Part shown: positions 9,552 through 19,173 of the stretch, one piece after another
How the letters are laid out: every line of letters begins with the position of its first letter
Numbering within the stretch: position 1 is the stretch's first letter
Source: Candidatus Woesearchaeota archaeon
GTDB lineage: Archaea > Nanobdellota > Nanobdellia > Pacearchaeales > GW2011-AR1
Direction of reading: 5' to 3'
DNA: 64,000 nt
NCBI GenBank assembly: GCA_964479755.1
Contig: CAYZNI010000001.1
Span: 10,171-74,170 of the forward strand
The notes under the pieces: generated by a model
What the model was told of the DNA's origin: nothing
Database searches by the model: none
Seen by the model: only the letters and a program-made list of their open reading frames with translations
Program-made: the position numbers and the translations under genes

Positions 9552-10085
9552 CTATTTCTTTTTACCGCTGGAAACTATAACTGCAGCGACTGCGGCGGCT
9601 ATGATAATGAAGAATAGTACATTGACAAATGTTGAGGAACTGGTTCCGCCCAAGAAAACCCAGTCATATAGTGTTTCCCAGAAACCAGTGATGTAGGTTG
9701 CAGCGATAACGACTGCAAGAATGACTACAATCATAGCGATTATTCTTAGTGCTTTAGGGAACATCCCGTTATCGCCCCAGAATTTTCCTTCTTCGGCGAA
9801 TGCGCCTAGCAAGATTAATAGAACAAGGATTACGACCAAGGAAACTGCAAGGAAAATGGTCATTTGCAAGATAATACCTGTTGCACCGGCAAATGAGACG
9901 ACTAAAACTCCGACAACGAGAGCGACGATTGCATCAATCTGCTTTTTGCCATCGCCAAATAATTTTGATTTTTGCAGAACTGCAAATACGATAGTGAAGA
10001 CAAGAAGAAAGGGGAGTATAGACTCGACAAATATAGGGCTTGAAAGAATTGTGTCTCCGCCGTATGAAAATGGTGTTGGTGCCAT
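9552..10085 (-). CDS. Polytopic membrane protein, paralogue of the 7747..8280 gene.
   Basis: Sequence similarity to the 7747 gene (ILPFLLVFTIVFAVLQKSKLFGDGKK versus MLPMLLVFAIVYGILASTKFFGGNKG). Confidence 0.5.
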   Translation of the reverse strand: MAPTPFSYGGDTILSSPIFVESILPFLLVFTIVFAVLQKSKLFGDGKKQIDAIVALVVGVLVVSFAGATGIILQMTIFLAVSLVVILVLLILLGAFAEEGKFWGDNGMFPKALRIIAMIVVILAVVIAATYITGFWETLYDWVFLGGTSSSTFVNVLFFIIIAAAVAAVIVSSGKKK

Positions 10086-10335
10086 TGAATATATTATTCA
10101 AATGGATATTTAAATGTTTTTTATTTTAAATAGAAATAATATTTGAAGTTGTTACTTGAAAATTTCCCAAATTTAGAGAATTATTCCAGTTAGAAAAAAA
10201 ACAATGCTATTGCACATCTCTTGTCGGATTATACAAAAGGAAAATAATGAAATGAGCAGGTAAATTATTCCAGCGACAATTAAGCTCTACTTGGTTTTCA
10301 TATTTTTGATATTAATTTTAGATAATTTATGAAAA

Positions 10336-10632
10336 TTACTGGAGCTCTTCGATTTCGCCAGACTGAGACATGTCTGTAGGCATCGCCTGTCCACTTGGCA
10401 AAGATGTCTTGTTGATTACAACTACATCGCCAATTGCTTTGACAAACTGATGCGGGATAATGACCCCGCGGGCGCCGCCGAACATTGAGAGAAAGCCGGA
10501 ACCGACTTTTATTTTCCAGCCGTCTATTTTATTGTTGACTAAATTTACGTCGTCAATCTGGCCAAAATAGTCGCCGTCCGATGTAAATACGTTCTTTCCA
10601 ATCACTTCAGATATTTTTTTAATTTTCAACAT
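10336..10632 (-). CDS. PRC-barrel domain protein.
   Basis: 98-aa ORF with a GKNVFTSDGDYFGQIDDVNL...GWKIKV pattern typical of PRC-barrel proteins. Confidence 0.55.
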   Translation of the reverse strand: MLKIKKISEVIGKNVFTSDGDYFGQIDDVNLVNNKIDGWKIKVGSGFLSMFGGARGVIIPHQFVKAIGDVVVINKTSLPSGQAMPTDMSQSGEIEELQ

Positions 10633-10656
10633 GTTAGAAATAAAAATAGTTAGTAT

Positions 10657-11367
10657 TTATACTTTTTGATTGTTTGATGATAAAGATTTTATTACGAAAG
10701 ATGTCAAACTTTTTGAGGTTTTAACATAAACTTGAGTTTCTTTTTTAGTTAAATTCCTGCGATTGTTATACAAATCAGAAAGCTTGTTGAGCTGTGCTTT
10801 GTTTTTTGTATTTATGCTATTTAGGCATTTGGAAAAGTCAAACTCCAAATTATTGTTTTGATAGAAATTAAGGATTTGAAGTTTTCTTCGGATGTGGGCG
10901 TATAGCATTTTTGTCGCTCCCCAGCCGGATTTTTTTGCCAAGTCAATTTGGAGGTCGAAAGTGTCTTTTTCCAAAATGAACTTTGTGAGTTTGTTGTTAT
11001 CCAATTTGTGTGTTGAGAGATAAGTTTTGAAGGATTGAAACTCGGGAGTTGAGTAAATAGCCTTTGAGCCAGACTGAACGACGATCCAACTTGACCAGCT
11101 TGCTTTTTCGTAAATTGAGTGTTTATATTCTTTGAGAGATTTGAAGTGGTGAATGAAAACGTTGAGAGATTTTAGCTTGTTAGTTAGAGATTCTTGTTCT
11201 TTAATTGCGTTTCGGAGAGGGTTTTTGAATAAAACGATAAGGTCAATATCTGAGATTCCTGATTTGTATTGCCCGGTGAAGTAGGAGCCGAAAATTAAGA
11301 TTGCGGCAAGGTTTTCTTTGTATTTTTCCAAGAAGGTTTTTGCGATAGCTATTTCTGGATTTTCCAT
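10657..11367 (-). CDS. Minimal nucleotidyltransferase (pol-beta superfamily).
   Basis: NTase motif GS-x9-DxD: LIFGSYFTGQYKSGISDIDLIVLF. Confidence 0.55.
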   Translation of the reverse strand: MENPEIAIAKTFLEKYKENLAAILIFGSYFTGQYKSGISDIDLIVLFKNPLRNAIKEQESLTNKLKSLNVFIHHFKSLKEYKHSIYEKASWSSWIVVQSGSKAIYSTPEFQSFKTYLSTHKLDNNKLTKFILEKDTFDLQIDLAKKSGWGATKMLYAHIRRKLQILNFYQNNNLEFDFSKCLNSINTKNKAQLNKLSDLYNNRRNLTKKETQVYVKTSKSLTSFVIKSLSSNNQKV

Positions 11368-11454
11368 CTATTCATTAGGCAAGTTGGATTTTTATTATTT
11401 TAGTGTGAGGCAGTTTTCCATAATGTTTATTAAAGGGTTTTTAGTAGTTTTTTT

Positions 11455-12087
11455 ATGGAAAACAGGGAACTGGCACAGATATTCTCGGCGGTGCTTTTAA
11501 TGTTTGTAGTTTCGGGCGCGGCTTTTGCAATTGCTGGAAAGGCTTTTTCGGTGTTGCAGGTGTTTGTGTTCTCATTTATTGTGGTTATTGCGCCAATTAT
11601 TGTTAAGAATGTGATTGCATTTGGCTTGGATGCAAGTGTTGAGCATAAAACTTGGAGTGTTTATAATTTTGGGTTCGGGAATTCGCAGCACTTTAAGGAA
11701 GAGCAGCCGTTTGGGGTTTATATTCCATTGATATTTTCGGTTTTGACTTTGGGCTTTTTTAAAGTCATGACATTTTTGACTTATGAGACCAAGGCGCTGA
11801 AATACAGAGCTGCAAAGAGGTTTGGGTTTTATTCTTACACTGAAATGACTGATTGGCATAATGGATTAATCGGAGCGGTAGGAATTGTGACATTGTGGCT
11901 GATTGCAGTTATAGGTTATCTTCCAGGGTGGGAATTTTTGGCGAAGATGGCTTCTTATTACGCGTTTTGGAATATGATACCTGTTTCAGACTTGGACGGA
12001 ACGCAAATATTTTTTGGAAGCAGAGTAATGTGGGCGATACTGGCAGTTATTACTTTAGTTTTTGTGTTTTATGCGCTGGTGCTATAA
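11455..12087 (+). CDS. Integral membrane protein, function unknown.
   Basis: 210-aa ORF with several hydrophobic helices. Confidence 0.4.
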   Translation: MENRELAQIFSAVLLMFVVSGAAFAIAGKAFSVLQVFVFSFIVVIAPIIVKNVIAFGLDASVEHKTWSVYNFGFGNSQHFKEEQPFGVYIPLIFSVLTLGFFKVMTFLTYETKALKYRAAKRFGFYSYTEMTDWHNGLIGAVGIVTLWLIAVIGYLPGWEFLAKMASYYAFWNMIPVSDLDGTQIFFGSRVMWAILAVITLVFVFYALVL

Positions 12088-12093
12088 GGCAAG

Positions 12094-12756
12094 ATGAAAA
12101 AAAACAGGAGATACCTGACTGTTGGGCAGTTGTACAAAAACTGGGCAGATTATTATGATAGTGACCAGAATCTTGCGATATTTTTAGAGGAAAGAGTAAC
12201 AAGAAAGTGGTTTAATTTAAAAAATAAAGAAATTTTAGACTTGGGTTGCGGCACTGGAAGACATACTTTAAAGTTAGCAAAGAAAAATAATGTTACGGCA
12301 GTTGACTTATCCAAGGAAATGCTGGATTTAGCAAGAAAGAAAGCGCAGACTGAAAAATTGAAAGTTGATTTTTATAAAATCGATTTTTCTAAGTTTAAAT
12401 CAAAAAAAAAATTCGACTTGATAATCTCAATGCTTGTTTTGGATCACATTGAAAATTTGAAAAAAGTTTTGGATAAAATATCTGCAATGAGCAAGGTTGG
12501 AACGGAATTGATTATTTCCAATGTTCCAGCTTATCAGATTTTCAAAAGGCGCGTTTTAGAGACAAGAAAAATTAATCAATATTATCACCCGCTTGAAGAG
12601 TATTTGAGGCTGTTAAGAGCTGCGGGATTTGAGTTGCAAGATTGCAGAGAAATGTTTTTTGAAGAGAAGGACGCGCGGACTAAGAAGTTTGATAAGTTCA
12701 AGTCACAGCTAAATGAGCCAATTGTAAATTTAATGAAATTCAAAAAAATAAAATGA
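12094..12756 (+). CDS. Class I SAM-dependent methyltransferase.
   Basis: Motif I: ILDLGCGTGRHTLKLA. Confidence 0.7.
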   Translation: MKKNRRYLTVGQLYKNWADYYDSDQNLAIFLEERVTRKWFNLKNKEILDLGCGTGRHTLKLAKKNNVTAVDLSKEMLDLARKKAQTEKLKVDFYKIDFSKFKSKKKFDLIISMLVLDHIENLKKVLDKISAMSKVGTELIISNVPAYQIFKRRVLETRKINQYYHPLEEYLRLLRAAGFELQDCREMFFEEKDARTKKFDKFKSQLNEPIVNLMKFKKIK

Positions 12757-13154
12757 AGATGCAGGAGGCAGCAGCAGGGATTTTTATCCGCGAGGTTGTG
12801 CAGCAAGGGAATAGAAGGCGAGAGGTTTTGCTAGTTCGAGAGCCGGAGAGCGGGCTGATGTATTTTCCAAGAGTTGAGATAGAGCATTTACGTGATGCTA
12901 ACAGCGCCTTGAAAGAAAAATTTGGACCTTTGTTTGACGGAAATGAGCCGGAATATTGGTACAATGTTTGCGGCTTTAGCCGCATAAGTCATAACCAAGT
13001 TTGCGTGCATTATTTTATCATAAGAAGTTCTAATTTGGCTGATGAGCCACTCCCTAGCTCGAAGTGGCTTTCCGAGCCATTGAGATTAAACGGGCAACTG
13101 ATGCCGATGGCCCGCAGAGTTGCAGAGGATTTGGCAAGGCAGAGATATTTGTGA
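12753..13154 (+). CDS. Hypothetical protein.
   Basis: 133-aa ORF. Its start overlaps the methyltransferase stop. Confidence 0.3.
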   Translation: MKMQEAAAGIFIREVVQQGNRRREVLLVREPESGLMYFPRVEIEHLRDANSALKEKFGPLFDGNEPEYWYNVCGFSRISHNQVCVHYFIIRSSNLADEPLPSSKWLSEPLRLNGQLMPMARRVAEDLARQRYL

Positions 13155-13458
13155 CAGAAAACCTAATCAAATTTGGTCAAAAAAAGATTTGTTAATTTGC
13201 TTTTTCATTGCGAGGTTTTTTAATAACGTTAGTTTGATTTATCTTTCTTTATTTGCTATTTCTGACAGCTCGGAGAGACTGATATTTTGTGTTGTTCTAT
13301 TTTTCTTTTTTTTGTCATAGAAAACCTTAATTATTAGCTAGATGAGTTCTTAATATAAAAAATAACACAAATACAACGCAAATTGTCCGCTTTTTTTATT
13401 GCTGCGGAAGTTTGCACTTGCGCGTAGAACGCGCCTGCGCCGTATTTAATCGTAAAAG

Positions 13459-15045
13459 ATGGATGAAATAAATTTGAAACCTAGGGAATATCAACAGAAA
13501 ATATTTGAAACTGCCAGAGGAGCGAATACACTTGTTGTTTTACCTACGGGGCTTGGGAAAACTTTGATAGCTTTAATGCTTGCTGTTGATAGAATTAAGA
13601 AGTTTCCAGGAACGAAAATAGTATTTTTGGCGCCGACGCGGCCTTTAGCAGATCAGCATTTTAAGAGTTTTGCGAGCAACTTGGGGGAATTGTTTGCCGA
13701 TATGCAACTTTTTACCGGAGAGGTTCCTGCAGAAAGAAGAAAGAAGATATTTCAGAGCGCGGAGATTATTTTTTCAACACCGCAGTGCATTGCAAATGAT
13801 TTAGGTTCTGGGCTTTATACACTGGAGGAAGTTTCGCTTTTAGTGATTGATGAAGCGCACAGATGCCTGAAGAATTACGACTATACGAAGGTTGTTGAGC
13901 ATTATAAGAGGCAGGCGCAGCATCAGAGAATTTTGGGATTGACGGCTTCGCCTGGGAGCGAGGAGAAAAACATCCGGGAGATTTGTGAGCACCTAGATGT
14001 GCGGGAAATTGAGCTGCGGACTAGAGATTCTGAAGACGTGAAAGTGTACTTGCAGGAGTTGGACTTTAAGAAGGTTGAAGTGCCTTTTCCGATTGAATTT
14101 CAGGAGATAAAGGTTTTGCTAAGAAGAATTTATGAATCTAAAGTTGAGGAGTTGAGAAAAAGGAATTTACTTTTTGGGCCGGCGAATAAAATTACACTGT
14201 TGCAATTGCAAAATAGACTTGCCAGACAGATTGGAAGCAAGAATTTTACCGCAATGATCGGAATGTCAACAACAGCGCAGGCAATTAAAATTTCGCACGC
14301 TCTTGAGCTTTTAGAGACGCAGACACTTTTTGGACTGAAAGAATATCTTGATGGACTTGTGAAGCAGGCAAATGAGAAAAAATCCAAGGGGGTCCAGAGA
14401 CTTGTTAAGGAAGGCGATTTTATTGCAGCACTGATTTCGTTGAATAGTCTATTGGCACAAAAGATTGAGCATCCAAAAGTGGAGGAGTGCGCTGTAATCG
14501 TGGAAAATCAGTTCAAAGATAATCCAAAATCAAAAGTGATTATTTTCACGCAGTTTAGGGATACTGCGGGCGTGATTGTGGAGAGATTGAAAAGAATAAA
14601 TGATGGTTTGATAAGTAAAGATACTAAAAAAATCGAGGCAATTTTTCCAATAATAAAGCCTTCTACGTTTTTTGGGCAGGCGAAGAAAAAAGAGACAGGG
14701 TATTCTCAGAAAGAGCAGAAGGCAGTATTGGCAAAGTTGAATGCTGGGGAGTTTAATGTTTTGGTTGCGACTTCTATTGGCGAGGAGGGGCTTGATATAT
14801 CCGAAGTTTCAACTGTTATTTTTTATGAGCCAATACCTTCAGCGATAAGAAAGATTCAGAGGACGGGAAGAACCGCGAGATTAGCGCCAGGGAAGTTGTT
14901 TATACTTATTACGAAGGATACTAGGGATGTGGCTTATCATTATGCAGCTATTGCGCGAGAGAAGAAAATGCATAGAACTATAGCGGAAGTTAAGGATGAC
15001 TTGAGAGAGAATGGGAAAAAGGATAAGAGGTTGGGGGACTTTTAG
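13459..15045 (+). CDS. hef: Hef/FANCM-type SF2 helicase; helicase domain only.
   Basis: Motif I LPTGLGKT, motif II VIDEAHR, motif III LTASPG, motif V TSIGEEGLDI and motif VI QRTGRTAR. Confidence 0.75.
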   Translation: MDEINLKPREYQQKIFETARGANTLVVLPTGLGKTLIALMLAVDRIKKFPGTKIVFLAPTRPLADQHFKSFASNLGELFADMQLFTGEVPAERRKKIFQSAEIIFSTPQCIANDLGSGLYTLEEVSLLVIDEAHRCLKNYDYTKVVEHYKRQAQHQRILGLTASPGSEEKNIREICEHLDVREIELRTRDSEDVKVYLQELDFKKVEVPFPIEFQEIKVLLRRIYESKVEELRKRNLLFGPANKITLLQLQNRLARQIGSKNFTAMIGMSTTAQAIKISHALELLETQTLFGLKEYLDGLVKQANEKKSKGVQRLVKEGDFIAALISLNSLLAQKIEHPKVEECAVIVENQFKDNPKSKVIIFTQFRDTAGVIVERLKRINDGLISKDTKKIEAIFPIIKPSTFFGQAKKKETGYSQKEQKAVLAKLNAGEFNVLVATSIGEEGLDISEVSTVIFYEPIPSAIRKIQRTGRTARLAPGKLFILITKDTRDVAYHYAAIAREKKMHRTIAEVKDDLRENGKKDKRLGDF

Positions 15046-15166
15046 CTATAGTGAGTTTTGAAAAATTTATCTTTCTGTAATTAATCACAAATAAAAAATT
15101 GACAAAAAAATATTTTTAATTATTATCTATGGTAAATTAATATTCTTAGATTAATTAGCAATTTTT

Positions 15167-15588
15167 TTGTTAAGGAGATTGAGATTAGAGTGGCATACTC
15201 AAAAGTCTAAGATTATTTATTTATCAAGAGGAATTGATTTTGTTGGTTTAAGGAATTTTTATCATTTTAAATTGCTGAGGAAAAGAAACGTAATTAAAAT
15301 GCTTAATAAAATTAAAAAATTTGAAAACAGAAAGTTTAATTATACAAAAATGATTGAAATATTTGAGGGCTGGAATGCTTGCGTAAAATGGGCAAACAGC
15401 TTAAAATTATGAAGAAAAGTTATAATGAAAATAAATTAACGAAAAATTACTTTGGATTAGCTAAAAGGATTGCTCCATTTAGAATAAAAGCATTAGGAAT
15501 AGAAAAGCTGAAGAAAGATTTTTTTAGCGCAGTTAGAGGAATTACCACATTTGGAGAAGAAGATAAATTGAATTGGCAACTTAAATGA
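15167..15588 (+). pseudogene. Remnant of a reverse-transcriptase/maturase gene (RT domain 7 plus the thumb/X region); frameshifted and truncated.
   Basis: KSKIIYLSRGIDFVGL resembles the RT motif KTKIxHxSxGFDFLGF, followed by a basic stretch (LLRKRNVIKMLNKIKKF) and a GW[N/A]xY-like block (EGWNACVKWANSL). It is split over two frames (15167..15412 and 15379..15588). Confidence 0.4.
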
Positions 15589-15614
15589 AGCCTCTTGTGG
15601 ATTTTAATTAATAC

Positions 15615-16274
15615 ATGGCGGGAAATTTTTTTAATATATTCTCCAAGAAAAGGGAAAAATCCGAGAGGATGAAGATTGAGGTTGACAATAGGGAGAGGAA
15701 TTCGCTGGTGCCTTCGCTGTTGATGAAAGAAGGCTTTGAAATTGAATGGAAGCAGCTGCCTGTTGCAGATTATCTAATTAACGGAGTGGCAATTGAGAGG
15801 AAAACTGTCGGGGACTTGAAGAGTTCAATTGTGGACAAGAGAATTATTTCGCAGCTACTTGAGTTAAAGCAATACTCAAAGAGTTTTTTATTTGTGGAAG
15901 GTATTACTGACGAAAATGTTTACTCTGGGGGAATTCACGAAAATGCTTTTCGAGGTTTTATTTTAAGTGTTGCTCTTGAGTTTAAAGTTCCAATTGTGTT
16001 TACTCATAATGAAGAAGATACGGCAAAATACTTAGCTGTTTTGGCGCGGAAGAAGGAGAAAGGGGATTTGGGATTGAGAGCTTCGAAGATTGGTTTAACA
16101 AAAGAAGAGCAAGTTCAGTTTATTCTGGAGGGCTTTCCAAACGTCGGGGTTGTTAAAGCTCGCAAGCTGATAAAAAAGTTTGGAAGCTTGTCAGGTGTGT
16201 TTAGCGCATCAGAGGAAGAGTTAAGGATGATATTGGGAAAAAGGGCCGAGGAATTTAGAGAGCTGTTGGAGTAA
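15615..16274 (+). CDS. ERCC4/XPF-type nuclease with a C-terminal HhH2 domain (Hef nuclease module).
   Basis: ERCC4 signature ERKTVGDLKSSIVDKRIISQL. Helix-hairpin-helix at GFPNVGVVKARKLIKKFGSLSGVF. The true start is likely the internal Met at 15669. Confidence 0.7.
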   Translation: MAGNFFNIFSKKREKSERMKIEVDNRERNSLVPSLLMKEGFEIEWKQLPVADYLINGVAIERKTVGDLKSSIVDKRIISQLLELKQYSKSFLFVEGITDENVYSGGIHENAFRGFILSVALEFKVPIVFTHNEEDTAKYLAVLARKKEKGDLGLRASKIGLTKEEQVQFILEGFPNVGVVKARKLIKKFGSLSGVFSASEEELRMILGKRAEEFRELLE

Positions 16275-16812
16275 TTTTTTCACTTATGAGCTCTTTTTTA
16301 ATTTCTTCTGCCAAATCTGTTTTTGGAACTGGAAATTTGAATCCACGGGTTGAAGCGTAAGTGAAAGTTGTCCAGATTCGCAAAGATGAATCTGGAGGAG
16401 AGGATTCGAAATAAAAATCAACTCTTTTAGCGCCGTTTTGCCATTCAGTTATTCTTGCTGCTATAGGATGCTTTTTCGGATCGAGCTTATATTCGTTAGA
16501 GAGAGTCTGATTGAAGTGCAGGTAGGGTTGAGAGCGGATGAATTGTTTTTCAGTTCTCCAACGGAAAATTGAAGGCTCGCGATATCTTAACTTGAACCAG
16601 GCCGGGGAGAGTGATTTTATGGCTTCGTCGAATTCATTGTCCGGGCGATATTGAAAGCAACTGTCCGGAAAATAGTAAATCCCCTGCAGGGTTTGTTTAA
16701 TATTTCCCTTGGATAAATGGCTTAACAAACCTGATAGTTCTTCGCTGATTCTTCTAAATGGGTGTTTTTCTTTGGCAGGTTGATTTGCAGTAATGGTGAA
16801 TTCATCAGCCAT
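16255..16812 (-). CDS. Hypothetical protein.
   Basis: 185-aa ORF with no recognisable motif. Confidence 0.35.
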   Translation of the reverse strand: MADEFTITANQPAKEKHPFRRISEELSGLLSHLSKGNIKQTLQGIYYFPDSCFQYRPDNEFDEAIKSLSPAWFKLRYREPSIFRWRTEKQFIRSQPYLHFNQTLSNEYKLDPKKHPIAARITEWQNGAKRVDFYFESSPPDSSLRIWTTFTYASTRGFKFPVPKTDLAEEIKKELISEKITPTAL

Positions 16813-16858
16813 GGAATTTCATTGAAAGCTGTTTTTTAAATTTATTTGTTTTGAAGAA

Positions 16859-18514
16859 TTATCTTCCGCCGCCTCCTCCGCCTCCGACGCCGCCTCCTCC
16901 CGCACCGCCGTGGCCTCCGCCAGCTCCACCAGCAGTTCCGGCTGAAACAGCGAAAGCTCCTGAAGAGGTGTTAATTCCGGTGTAAATTGCATACTGGGTG
17001 TCGCCAATGAACTTTTTTTCCTTTAGTTCTTTGAGGACTTTTTCGGAAACGCCCAAAGCTGTTGCAAAAACTAAGTACTTGCCCCACATTCTTATTGTTT
17101 CCTGATTGCCGGTCTTGATTGTGAATGATTGTGAGAGGTATTTGCGAAATGAGCGCCATTGCCGGTATTCATTGTAGAAATTTTCGCGATAGCGAATAGT
17201 AATTACAGAATGGCTGTTGAGGATGCTTATTATTATGTATGCCAAGAAAAAAAATATTATGAACGAAATACTTTTTATTAAGTAAAAGTTTAGAATTAGC
17301 AGGGCGAGGAATGTGAACTTAAGAATATACTGAGCATTCAAGTCCAGGTATTGTTTCCCGTTTTTCTTGACTTTTTTTTGAAGCTCTTTGACTTTAGTTC
17401 TTAGTTTATTTTTTGTGAAAATGTCATTTGTTGCGCCGTTTATGCCGAAGTATTCTCCTTTTGTTTGTTTTTCAGAAGCCTCGCCTTTAAGAAATATTAA
17501 TATGTCAAAAAATTGCTTTTCAATGTCGTCAAGAGCTTTTGGCTCGTTGAGTTTGATGAAGACTTTGTCTGCGTTAATGCCCAGGAATTTCTTTTTTTCT
17601 ATTTTAATATCAATTACTTTTCTGTGGTAGAAGTCAATCATAATTGAAGAGATGAAATTTTTATCAATAACTGAGAATGGCGGACTGAAGTAAGAAGCAA
17701 TTTCCCAAGCTTTTCGGTCTTGCGGGTAGACACTTAATTGATCAGGAATTTCTTGAGAGGAGTTTTCTTTTCCAAAGAAAATCCAGAGAATTGCGAAGAA
17801 CGCCCCTGGAAAGAGTGCGAGGATCAGGTAGAAATAATATTGAGAGCTGTCGAACTCGAAGTTTTGGAGCGGGATAATATTGAAGCTGGAAGAATCGCCC
17901 TCGAAAGGAATGTAAATGATGACGTTTTCTTTTGGATAAAAAGATTTTTTTGATACAATGTTTGCGTTGCTATTTATTACTAGATTGCTTCCGGATAGTT
18001 TTTTGTGCATATTTGAGGAATAGGCTACGAATTTTATGTAATTTTTTCCGTTGATTTGGAACAGGTTTTGGGGGTGAAGCTCAAATTGAGCTTCTATTGT
18101 GTACTCTTGGTTTGATTTAAAGCCGAGAGAGTTGCCGAAGGTGCAGCCGTATTCATTTGGCTCGGTGTATGGGATAATTCTTCTTGAATTGTAGACATTA
18201 GGAAATTCGTAGATTATGCCATTAAAGTTTTTTGTGTAAGGGGAGCCTGCCTGGCAGGAAACGTTTTTTATTTCTATGTAATTTTGCAAACCTTGCGCAG
18301 GAATTGCAATAACTTTGTCCGCGAAGTTTCTGTAAAGCGTGTGGTATTCATTGTCTGTATTGAAATAAAGTTTTTCTTTTATTGTAGTGTCTTGAATTGT
18401 AAGCTCGGCTTTGTAGAAGTTAAAGTCTGCGCGGGAAGTTTCAAAGTAAAACGCTATTCCGCCAAGGGCTAATAGAACTATTGTAATTATTATGGCGGCA
18501 GGAAGCTCTCTCAT
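16859..18514 (-). CDS. Membrane protein with a C-terminal polyglycine tail (DUF2207-like architecture).
   Basis: An N-terminal TM helix, central TM helices, and the C-terminus GGAGGGHGGAGGGGVGGGGGGGR encoded by a GC-rich (GGN)n tract. Confidence 0.5.
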   Translation of the reverse strand: MRELPAAIIITIVLLALGGIAFYFETSRADFNFYKAELTIQDTTIKEKLYFNTDNEYHTLYRNFADKVIAIPAQGLQNYIEIKNVSCQAGSPYTKNFNGIIYEFPNVYNSRRIIPYTEPNEYGCTFGNSLGFKSNQEYTIEAQFELHPQNLFQINGKNYIKFVAYSSNMHKKLSGSNLVINSNANIVSKKSFYPKENVIIYIPFEGDSSSFNIIPLQNFEFDSSQYYFYLILALFPGAFFAILWIFFGKENSSQEIPDQLSVYPQDRKAWEIASYFSPPFSVIDKNFISSIMIDFYHRKVIDIKIEKKKFLGINADKVFIKLNEPKALDDIEKQFFDILIFLKGEASEKQTKGEYFGINGATNDIFTKNKLRTKVKELQKKVKKNGKQYLDLNAQYILKFTFLALLILNFYLIKSISFIIFFFLAYIIISILNSHSVITIRYRENFYNEYRQWRSFRKYLSQSFTIKTGNQETIRMWGKYLVFATALGVSEKVLKELKEKKFIGDTQYAIYTGINTSSGAFAVSAGTAGGAGGGHGGAGGGGVGGGGGGGR

Positions 18515-18551
18515 AATTTTAGATAATTTTGTTGGTTAAATACCTATTGAA

Positions 18552-18851
18552 CTAAAAAATATCGGCGAAGGTTTTACAGAATTGTGTCTTTGCTTTTTTA
18601 AGAGCGGATTTTCCCTCTTCAGTCAATGTGTAGAAAATTTCTTTTTCGCTTGAGGTCTCTTTAATGAATTTTGACTCTCTTAGTGATTTGAGAGCAGGGT
18701 ATATTGTACCGGGAGAGGGCTTTTCCCCCTTGCGTTTCTCAATTTCTTTTGCTAGCTCATTCCCAGACATTTCTTTTTTCGATAATAGAAACAGGATTAA
18801 GAAAGACAACATTCCCCGCATATCACAGCAATCTTTTTTCATTAAATTCAA
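18552..18851 (-). CDS. PadR-family transcriptional regulator.
   Basis: MRGMLSFLILFLLSKKEMSGNELAKEIEKRKGEKPSPGTIYPALKSL is the PadR winged-helix signature. Confidence 0.7.
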   Translation of the reverse strand: MNLMKKDCCDMRGMLSFLILFLLSKKEMSGNELAKEIEKRKGEKPSPGTIYPALKSLRESKFIKETSSEKEIFYTLTEEGKSALKKAKTQFCKTFADIF

Positions 18852-19014
18852 AGCAGGGGATTTTATTTAAATGTTGTTATTTATCGGATGACCGATAAGT
18901 TTATATATTAGTATATCGTATATACGATATAGCGAAATAAATTTTGCTAACTGTAAACCAACAGAATAATTGAGGTTTGGTTTACAATATAATGAAATGT
19001 AAGGAGGATGGAAA

Positions 19015-19173
19015 ATGGAATACGGATGTTGCGGCTATGCAAGTAACGGAAATGCAAGGGGCTTTCTGACAAGAAAGGAAAAGATTGAGATGCTGAAAGA
19101 GTATAGGGAGCATCTTGACAAAGAAGCCAAGGGAGTTTCCGAGAGAATTTCTGAGCTTGAGAAAGAAAAGTAA
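19015..19173 (+). CDS. Possible 52-aa small protein; not in the ORF track because it is under 60 aa.
   Basis: An ATG preceded by ggagga, reading MEYGCCGYASNGNARGF...ISELEKEK. The open frame is the only evidence. Confidence 0.2.
   Translation: MEYGCCGYASNGNARGFLTRKEKIEMLKEYREHLDKEAKGVSERISELEKEK

Noticed and set aside
9721-10113. 130-aa plus-strand ORF.
   Set aside because: It is antisense to, and fully overlaps, the membrane-protein gene 9552..10085. Its composition is typical of a shadow frame.
12753-13154. Nudix hydrolase call suggested by the VLLVRE start.
   Set aside because: No Nudix box (GX5EX7REUXEEXGU) is present.
13420-13434. GC-rich hairpin (gcgcg-tagaa-cgcgc) upstream of hef as a regulatory element.
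   Set aside because: It has a 5-bp stem only and could occur by chance. No supporting conservation is available.
15046-15614. Complete group II intron between the Hef halves.
   Set aside because: Only about 140 codons of RT/maturase-like sequence are present. No domain V-like hairpin was recognisable by eye, and the region is too short for an intact intron.
16819-17007. 62-aa ORF overlapping the C-terminus of the DUF2207-like gene.
   Set aside because: It is an alternative-frame artefact of the GC-rich (GGN)n tract that encodes the polyglycine tail.
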